From: Welwitschia mirabilis
Lineage: Eukaryota
NCBI GenBank assembly: GCA_051453625.1
Contig: JBOZIK010000001.1
Coordinates: 16,356,299 to 16,389,575 of the forward strand
Direction of reading: 5' to 3'
DNA length: 33,277 nt
Part shown: positions 24,346 through 33,277 of the stretch, piece by piece
Numbering within the stretch: position 1 is the stretch's first letter
Layout: the number at the start of each line of letters is the position of its first letter
The notes under the pieces: model-generated
Told to the model about the DNA's origin: nothing
Database searches by the model: none
The model's input: only the letters and a program-made list of their open reading frames with translations
Translations under genes and position numbers: made by a program

Positions 24346-25431
24346 TCCTTCTTTACTTTTTTTCACTTATAAATAAGGATGAGGTAAATGTAACATCTTG
24401 GCTTTCACCTTTTCATTTAGTGAAGTATATGATAATAGTATATGTATATTTACTAGGTATGAAATGGAGGAATTCTCCTAAAATGATTATTGTCAATAAC
24501 ACTTCTAAGAAGACCACATAACCCCTGGTTCAATGAACTCTATAAAGATAACAAATGTTGTCCTCTCCTATGTAAAAGTAGTATAGTTAGAATTTGAGTG
24601 TTGATGCTAAACAAGATTTTCATCCCTTCATAATTCTTATCCATCATTCTAGATCTGCATTATCTATTCTCCCCTATTTCTAGAGCATTTTATTTCAACG
24701 TGCTCCCCTATTTCTAGTGTTTTTGGCACTAAATATGTTAGTCTCCTTTAACTGAGCTGGTTTCATCTATCTTTTCTCTTTTCTCCTCTTTGAATGAATT
24801 CATGTAACTGCTTATTCAATGTGGTTGTCTTGCATTTTATCTTCCTAGTATAAAATACCATGAATGATTGTCAATGCTAATCAAAAATCAAAGGAAAAGG
24901 CTTAAGAAATGGTAAGTAAGAGATGCATGCCCATAAAATGTTTTTCAAAGAAGTAGTGGCAAGCACAAAAGTAGTTCCAATCTTAACTTTCTATCATAAA
25001 TATACTAGCATCTTTTTAAATAACTTAGATTCATCATGATTAACATTAGAAAGAGATGAGTCTTCTTAGATTCAAAATATCCAAATCCTCTTAACCTTCT
25101 TAATTATTAAATAAGTAGTATTTAGAAGTTAGAATAATAAGAGAAGACTAGCAAATCACTGATCTAGGATATATAGTAATAAACTATAGGAATATTCAAT
25201 GATGTGGAAAGATTGGATATTCTTACTCCACATGTTATCCTATTTCTATGATTGAGTCACTGAAGATTCTGATTAAGAGATACCAATCTCTCATGGAAAA
25301 AATCATTAACTTATGCAAATAAATGCATTACAATAAGTCAAACCTTAATAATGGCATCTATTTAAGATGTAGTAGGGGACCATACCTTAGAATAGGAATT
25401 GTATCTTAAGGAAGTAACAAAAATATTTAGG

Positions 25432-25852
25432 GACCATTACACAACTTAATATGAAAAAGACAATTAAATAAACTTGACTGACATCTCTCTCAATAATTCT
25501 CTTTCTGATTTAGGGACTATTACCCTCCCTTTTGATAAAAGTGAAAATCCCATTAGAGAGAGGATTACATCTATATGGCTTTACATCATACCTTGATAAT
25601 TAAGAAGGCCTACAAATTACATCAAGAATAATTATGGAAATCCTCTTGTTCTCATCACAAAAAATGAAATAGATAACTCAAATAACATATTTAATCCTAA
25701 ATAAAAGGTTTTAAATGATAAAATCAAAATCAAAATATAATCTAATTACTTATTAGAGGTCTCAACCATAATCAAGAAAGATGGATGCAATGTAAAAGGG
25801 TGCTTTGTTCAGTCTATTTTGAACAGCTAAAATAGAAGTAAAAGGCTATACA
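25432..25852 (+). pseudogene. Intron-less glycoside hydrolase family 1 beta-glucosidase (BGLU40-like) C-terminal fragment
   Basis: HYTT*Y...SDLGTITLPF...SIWLYIIP...NYIKNNYGNPLVLITKNEID...IKKDGCNVKGCFVQSILNS...GYT; ITKNE is the degenerate ITENG nucleophile motif. Confidence 0.9.
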
Positions 25853-27572
25853 CATCAACCTCTAATTGATCTGCCAACATTACACTTGAGAAAAGAAGTG
25901 AAAGCGAGATAAAGTAGACACTTGTGTGAGATTTACATAATAGACAGGGCATGATAAGCATTATGAACTTTGTATCTATTAAAAATTGAAGGCCCTTTAC
26001 TTTTATAATTGACTATGATTTTTGTTAAATGCAACATTCAAAGCCAATCTTATTTATTATTTGTCATTTTCTTTTTAGAATCATTATCAATTATCTTTGG
26101 GTTGTAGAACTAATTACTTAGTATTTGTTATCTAAATCTAAATACAAAGATCACTATATTAGTATGTAAGTTTGTGAAATCATAAGAAAAGGAAAAAAAA
26201 GTAAGGATGTGAGAGAAAGGTATGTTTGCAAATAGAAAATAGAGACAGAGGCCTATAATTTATAAGGAATGTTCAATGGAAATGTGACACTTTTACTACC
26301 GCTGAATTCATAGCAATACAGAGACACTATGACCCTTAAGATGAAGGAGAGAATCAAAGAATTATAAGCTAGCAAGGAAAATCAACAGGCTTGTAACATT
26401 TCACAACTGCCCCTACAATTTTTGTACTATTATTACTTTATCAAAAAAAGGATTGTGGACTCAAGGAAAAAAGTGAAAACATAAAAACAAGCTTACACTA
26501 CATGAATACATGCTACCCTGAAACAACAATCACAAAGAAGAAGATATCAATGTATCATAGCAATATAAACTAGCTAAACATTGATTATAGACCAAAACCT
26601 CCATTTTTAATCTCCTAGTCTTATCATAGGCATGGGATAACCATCATGAACATATTACCACCTAATTTTACATATTAGATAGACCCACCATTATAATGTA
26701 TTTATCACATGCAGAATTTAATAGAAGCCTCATCACTTGTGTTGATCTTCCATCTTATGAAACTAGTTTAAGTATCATTTATATGTAGAATAGGCAAAAT
26801 AAATGTTCTATTCTATAATNNNNNNNNNNNNNNNNNNNNNNNNNNNNNNNNNNNNNNNNNNNNNNNNNNNNNNNNNNNNNNNNNNNNNNNNNNNNNNNNN
26901 NNNNNNNNNNNNNNNNNNNNNNNNNNNNNNNNNNNNNNNNNNNNNNNNNNNNNNNNNNNNNNNNNNNNNNNNNNNNNNNNNNNNNNNNNNNNNNNNNNNN
27001 NNNNNNNNNNNNNNNNNNNNNNNNNNNNNNNNNNNNNNNNNNNNNNNNNNNNNNNNNNNNNNNNNNNNNNNNNNNNNNNNNNNNNNNNNNNNNNNNNNNN
27101 NNNNNNNNNNNNNNNNNNNNNNNNNNNNNNNNNNNNNNNNNNNNNNNNNNNNNNNNNNNNNNNNNNNNNNNNNNNNNNNNNNNNNNNNNNNNNNNNNNNN
27201 NNNNNNNNNNNNNNNNNNNNNNNNNNNNNNNNNNNNNNNNNNNNNNNNNNNNNNNNNNNNNNNNNNNNNNNNNNNNNNNNNNNNNNNNNNNNNNNNNNNN
27301 NNNNNNNNNNNNNNNNNNNNNNNNNNNNNNNNNNNNNNNNNNNNNNNNNNNNNNNNNNNNNNNNNNNNNNNNNNNNNNNNNNNNNNNNNNNNNNNNNNNN
27401 NNNNNNNNNNNNNNNNNNNTTTTATTTTATACAATCTCACAAGATCAAAGTTTATTTTCATCATAAGTAATTGGTTTTTCACAAGTATCTCTACCAACAT
27501 TTTCATTTTTGTGTTTTTATAAGAAATTGGTTTTTATTAAAACCTAACTATGAGTGTTTATTCTTATCTTAG

Positions 27573-27629
27573 GTACACATGAAGTACTTGAAATAAGGGG
27601 CTAATATAAGAGTTATAGCTTCTTGTTAG
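27573..27629 (+). pseudogene. Captured 57-nt exon of homocysteine S-methyltransferase (HMT)
   Basis: AG|GTA CAC ATG AAG TAC TTG AAA TAA GGG GCT AAT ATA AGA GTT ATA GCT TCT TGT TAG|GT = VHMKYLK*GANIRVIASC*, versus the recalled HMT exon VHMEYLEAGADIVVTSSYQ (19 codons). Confidence 0.7.
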
Positions 27630-28399
27630 GTAGATGATAATCCTATCTATTTTATAACAACATAGATTGACTTTAACTTTAGCTTTGCTTATCTTACTTA
27701 AGTATCCTATGAGAAACATTTCTAATTCTTTCTGATTTTTTAATTTCTTTAATCATCAAAATAAGTCTAATTGCTAAAAGATATAAACAAGGCCATCGAA
27801 ATTAAAAATAGAGGGATATTACTTAATAACATAAGTAGATATTAGTTAAAGTTACATTTATTCTTTGCATAAAGATTTAAAATAAAAAAATTAAAAAATA
27901 AAAAAACAGATTTTGATGTATTTATTTTATTGTTTTTTTTCTAGGTGATGCCTTTTGAGGAATTTATTGGATAAACACTTTTAAAGATATTTTAAGGCTT
28001 TTTTCTGAAGAAATGACTTAGAAGAAATGTGTTATGGATAATTCCTCCTTAGGATATTCCATATTATCCTTGTCCTAGTTTCTCTAGTACAAAAGTAATA
28101 ATTTATCAAAAATGATATTCTTATTAATGAAGCATTTATCATAAGATGATATATCCCTTTTGTTCTCTACATATTAGATTTTAGATAAACATTACCTTTT
28201 TAATACTTTAAAACATGTATGTATGTAGGAAATGAGAAGGTCTTAAGGATTTTATATATACCTCATAACCCATGCCAAACCCCCTTTAGAGTTTTACTAG
28301 TAATTAAAAAAATATATTCTATTCATTAAATAGTTTTCAATGATTATAGCCTTCATGTAATATTCCTTTTTATCATATTTAATAGTCAACATTTTAATA

Positions 28400-28920
28400 T
28401 AAAGGAATACTTAATTTATTAAAAATTACAGCATAATTATATACTAATATGATCAAATGGAAGTATCTATTTATTATCACAATAGAAAGTTTACTTTCTA
28501 AACCTTGTTCAAGACTTGAAATAGTGGTTAAAGGAAATGACATGTAGTATAACCTTCATTCCCATCTTGAGGCACTTAAGGATCAGCCAAGTTTATCATT
28601 GACTACATTAATCCTATCTATCCAACTCCACCTAATATGATAAGCTTAATACTTAAGATTAAAGAATACAATCTTATAATTTAAGGGTTACAAACTTTAA
28701 CTATATACTGGAATCTAGTAATTACATTAAAATCACTCTTAACAAATAATCAATTAATCATAAACTAGTTTTGAAACATTACATTTCCTTACCCTTAATT
28801 TATTCGCTCATCCTTAAGATAAGGCTCTTTAGGTAATGGACTGCTTATACTTGTATCTACTTATTCTTTCTCATCTATCTTCATTGCTATTTCTACAAAA
28901 ATTTATTTTGACATACAAGT
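28400..28920 (-). mobile_element. Probable chromovirus (Tekay/Del-like) Ty3/gypsy 3' remnant: pol end, PPT and start of LTR
   Basis: The minus strand reads ...CTTAAGGATGAGCGAATAAATTAAGGGTAAGGAAA TGTAAT (LTR start at 28783), resembling the GAGGACGAA....TAAGGGGGGAAGAA TGTAA end motif. Boundaries are uncertain. Confidence 0.4.
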
Positions 28921-29072
28921 CAATTTATGAATATAAAGAAATAAACATATAGCATACAATAAACCCATTTTTTAGTTGAATATCTAGGGAAAGTTCTATT
29001 TCATGAATTACTTATTCTCCCATGTGTTTTAATTACAGTGGATTAATTTCATTAATACTTTATTAATGATAT

Positions 29073-30607
29073 TGTTTTGGCATTTTCCATTATGAGAATT
29101 TAGAATGTCTTCAGCTTATATGTCAAATGTAGATTTGTTTTTAGTAAGATGTTTTTCTAGTTAAGTGTATAATATTGGATTTTATCTTAATTGTCTAGTT
29201 TCAATAGGCTAACATGGTAAATTTAGTTTTCATAATTCCACTTATCAAATATTTTATGTCATTATCTAGATAGGTTAATACCAAGAACATCAAACACTGA
29301 TAGGCCTTAGATCATGATGAATCTTTAAATATAAAATCTTACAAAAAGGATTAGTTATTCAAAAGAAAAATCATTTGTTTAAAGATGTATTAAAAATTAA
29401 ATATGTCTTTAATAAAGATGTCTAGGAAATTAAAGACATCTTGAATGTATGAGAAATTATGTCCCAAGCTTGAAATAACTATCTTATTAAGATGACTATG
29501 CTAAAATTAAACTTGACACAAATAAAGATATCTACATGTTTGAAGACATCTATATTGAGTTAAAATGGGTAACAAATTCAATTGGTTTTTGACTAATATA
29601 TTATATTTTAGATAATCTATTAGATTATACATTACAAATTCATAATCATGGAGGTCCAAGTAAATTCCATCAAAATCTAAGCAAGTTTACTAAATACATG
29701 TACAAGGTAAAGACATCTAATTGTTAGTAGACATCTGTAAAACTAAAGATGTCTTGGATCAAAGTTCACATCAATAAAAATCAAAGTTATGTTCCTAAAA
29801 CCTAAACATTTCCTACCCATTACATGATAGTTACAAGATTAAATGACTACATTTCAAGCTCAAATGACTAGATCTTCTTTGCCTATATAAAGCCTTAACA
29901 TTACAAAATAAATAACAAGTATTGAAATCTTAAAGAATACTTGGGTTTTGAATCTTGACAAACAATGATTAGATCATGAACAAAAAATGCATGAGTGAAA
30001 GGAACTTCTTATAAAGAATCAAATGGATTATTTATAAAGGATCTTTCATTACTCTTATCATTCACTCTTGGATTTTCATTACTTCATCCTTCATTTACAC
30101 TTATGATAGCAACAACAACATCAAGGATCTCAAATATTCATTAAAGTTATATATTTAGACTTATTTTTGTATTGTATTTTTGGTTCTACAATATTGGACT
30201 ATCTTATTATTAAATATTCTTATAAGTTCATTCTTCATTATTAAACATATTGTAAGGAAACCCTTGTATGGGTATACATTTGAGGTTGTGCCTATGAGTA
30301 CTTATTTGTTATAAGGTTATTGTTGAGCTAAAAAACTATCATTACCTTATGGAAGAGAGAGTGCTATCTTGTGAGAAGACTCTCAATTATTGTAAGATTG
30401 ATGGTATACTAGAAAATCACTATTTTCTAAAAAGTTAAAAATATCTAGAGGTGTGAGGAAAAGGTAACCTCTAAGTGTGGATGAAAATAGGTTGAAAAAT
30501 TACATTACTTACTAAGGTATTTTATTATGAATTTTCATTCGATCATTAGTTTAAATTTTATTTGGTAGAATTCATTCATCCCTCTCATCTGAGTTCAACA
30601 ATCTTCA
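29073..30607 (+). repeat. 5' LTR of a SIRE-like Ty1/copia element (left boundary uncertain)
   Basis: Ends ...ATTCATCCCTCTC...AATCTTCA before the PBS; cluster of AGAYRTCT palindromic motifs at 29416-29754; TATA box GCCTATATAAAG at 29881. Confidence 0.6.
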
Positions 30608-30609
30608 AG

Positions 30610-30621
30610 TGATATCAGAGT
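30610..30621 (+). promoter_or_regulatory. Degenerate tRNA-iMet PBS
   Basis: TGATATCAGAGT versus TGGTATCAGAGC, 2 nt after the CA LTR end and ~35 nt before the gag ATG. Confidence 0.8.
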
Positions 30622-30656
30622 CAATACTCATAATTAGTAACTTTTTTGAGTAAATA

Positions 30657-31866
30657 ATGGAAGGGATGCCATCCATTAAACCTCTACTCTTCAGACAGAT
30701 AAACCATAACTCTTGAAAGATAAGGATATAGATGTTTTCACAATCTTATGAGTTTCACATTTGAAAAAATAATGAGTTTCACATTTGAAAAAATAAAGAT
30801 GAACATTTACAAAACTAAAGTAGGGATAAAAATGTCTAATGAAGAAGCTTATTATATTCTTATGATCATTGCACATTCTCAATAAGAAAAAGATAAGATA
30901 ATAGAAGAATATAAATCAGATAGTAAAGATGACAAAAGTTTGAAAATTCAAGAAAGGCACAAACTAATTTTTAAAGAGTTTATTAAACAATAAAAGATAT
31001 GTATTAAGATGAAAAAGTTACATCATACTCATGAGAAAGCTTACAAATAAAAAAAAATATTAGTAATAAATTACCTTTAGAAAAATCAACTCTTAAAGAT
31101 TAAGTTAGTAGACTAACATGTGAATTATAGTTTTTAAAATAGGAACTATTTGATTCAAAGAAAATCAATAAGAAATTTACCTAAGAAAAGGAGATATTGG
31201 GTATCATACTTAAACAATATAAGTAATCAAATTACAAAGTGGATTGGGATATAATGAAGCTACAAAAAGCTTTTTAGATTTTGTATTTGATAAATGGAAC
31301 TATAAGACAAGGTATAAACATCTAATAAATACAAATAATTTTATTTATTATTATTATTATCATAATATAGGTCATTATCATTGTAGACGTGTAATCAAAT
31401 TTAAAATTAGATATTATATTGATAATGTCAAAAGTGTAAGGATAATTCTACAACATTAATGTAAGATAAACTAAGAAAAATATGAGTACTAAAATTAAAA
31501 CCAACTCTTTTAGCTTAAATAGCACTCAAAGCAATGAATAAGCACATATGGTATGTTGACAATGGATACCCAAGATACGTGATTAAAGATAAATTTGACT
31601 TCACCACTTTGATGTAATAAGATAAAGGAGTTGTAATGTTTAAAGATAATATAGAAGCATTAATCAAAGGTATTGGTATCATTGTAGGAGGTAATCTACC
31701 AAAGGTAAAAGATGTATTTTTTATAGAAGGTTTGGAATACAATCTTTTAAGTAAAAGTCAACTTCACGATGCAAATTTTTCTATTACATTTACAAAAAAA
31801 ATGATTGTATTATTAGAGAGTAAATATTGCACTACCACCTTGCATGTATTTAATAGGGTAGTTTGA
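30657..31866 (+). pseudogene. Heavily deleted Ty1/copia (SIRE-like) gag-protease remnant
   Basis: MEGMPSIKPLLFRQINHNS*KIRI (EG.S..RPPLF.G.NY..WK.RM type); degenerate zinc knuckle at ~31350-31385; protease WYVDNGYPRYVIKDK...VMFKDN...GIG...GLEYNLLSKSQLHD. Confidence 0.85.
30748..30795. repeat. 24-bp perfect tandem duplication
   Basis: ATGAGTTTCACATTTGAAAAAATA repeated twice. Confidence 0.9.
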
Positions 31867-32280
31867 GTAGCTTTGTAAGATATTAAATAGGTTTATGCTA
31901 GATTTCTATGATAATGGAGAGCTTAGATGAAAGATACAAAAACATGTAATCTTCATGATATATTATAACATTTAAAGTAGTTTAGAATATTTTCTATTTT
32001 GAATTAAACTTTCTACAAGGCTAATGCATTTCATGGGTACTTATAAAAATCCTATCATCCACCTCATTATCCAAATGACTATATGAATTATAGAACATTT
32101 AAACCATTAAGAATGCTAACTAAAATAAATTTGTCAGATGACATGGGATTCTTATGCAGTGGCATTGTCTCCTATATTATTTGGATGACCATCAAAAAAA
32201 TGTCTAAAATAATTCTCCACTAAACTTCACCTAACTCTAGCCAACAGGAAAGACAATGAACAGGATAGCACTGAAACTGA

Positions 32281-33277
32281 ATGGTTAAGATCAAAAAAGG
32301 TGAAAAATATTAGAGAGAGCGACAATTCATTACAAAAACTATCCAAGAAGGTTTGCTTAATTTTGAATTTGAAAATCAAAATAGTCTAGGTACGTAAACT
32401 TTAGAATTTCCTAAAATTTCTGATTGTAATTCTGCAAGTGAATTTGATTTTAATTTTGAAGAATTAAATACAATGTTGACCTCTCATCAAAAACAACCTA
32501 TCTCACCAAATCCTCCACCCGTCGTTGGAACTATTACTCGTACTCCTCCTCAACCAAACAATCGTGTGATTTTAAGAGATCTTATAGCTAATAAATGACT
32601 TGAAATTCAAAACCTCTTTGACTTACCTCTTAGCAATGACATAGAACTGAAAAACCTAAATGCTTATTCTACTTTTAGAGGAGAACCTGATGAAAACCCC
32701 CTACAACACATCGCAGAAATAGAGCAACTTNNNNNNNNNNNNNNNNNNNNNNNNNNNNNNNNNNNNNNNNNNNNNNNNNNNNNNNNNNNNNNNNNNNNNN
32801 NNNNNNNNNNNNNNNNNNNNNNNNNNNNNNAAAGATCTTATAGCAAATAAATGACTTGAAATTCAAAACCTTTTTGACTTACCTCCTGGTGATAATGTAT
32901 AACTAAAAAACCTGAACGCTTATCCTACCTTTATAGGAGAACCTGATGAAGACCCCCTACAACACATTGCAGAAATAGAACAACTCATCCTTACATCCGA
33001 AAATGGTAAGAAATGTATAACCGATAGAACTTACATGATCATCTTTCCCATGACTTTGTGAGACAAGGCTAAACTTTGGCTTAGGACAATCCCTCATAAA
33101 AGCCTAAAATCCTAGAACCAAGTTCAAGAGACCTTTGTCAAACGATTCATGAGCGAAACCACTGTCTGGAAATCTAAGAAAGAAGTTACAAACTTCCAAC
33201 AACTGCCTAACGAAGAATATGCTTCTGCTTACAAGAGATTTGTCATAGCCTTACAATCAAACCCAGTAGATGCCTTT
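32281..33277 (+). mobile_element. Athila-like gag remnant on the plus strand, a relative of the element at 1-12448; runs off the window
   Basis: MVKIKKGEKY...IQEGLLNF...QNLFDLP...LKNLNAYPTFIGEPDEDPLQHIAEIEQLILTSENGK...FPMTL*DKAKLWLRTIP...VTNFQQLPNEEY. About 155 bp is duplicated either side of the 100-N gap at 32731-32830. Confidence 0.88.

Noticed and set aside
26590-26780. Minus-strand segment vaguely resembling TTI2-like proteins
   Set aside because: Similarity too weak to support a call.

Overview
AT-rich, CpG-depleted plant genomic DNA from a gapped draft assembly. It contains no intact gene and is a nest of decayed transposons. (1) 1-12448 is a minus-strand head-to-tail array of an Athila-lineage Ty3/gypsy element, with one complete LTR-internal-LTR unit (5454-12448) whose 3' LTR also serves as the 5' LTR of the next unit. 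The internal frame is gag-protease fused in frame to a short RT stub and the integrase C-terminal GPY/F tail; RT, RNase H and the integrase core are deleted, so the element is non-autonomous. (2) The array is inserted into an intron-containing CACTA (En/Spm) TnpD transposase (12449-16521), followed by TnpA-like exons (17409-19780). (3) Downstream (about 20.3-27.6 kb) is a mosaic of at least seven unrelated host-gene fragments: UBP, VPS13, LHT-like, MO25, acyl-activating enzyme, BGLU40-like and HMT. Some are single genomic exons with splice sites and others appear already spliced, which suggests a Pack-CACTA-like cargo. (4) The window ends with a probable chromovirus remnant, a SIRE-type Ty1/copia LTR-PBS-gag-protease remnant and a plus-strand gag related to the Athila element. 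All protein assignments come from manual translation and recalled family motifs, not database searches.
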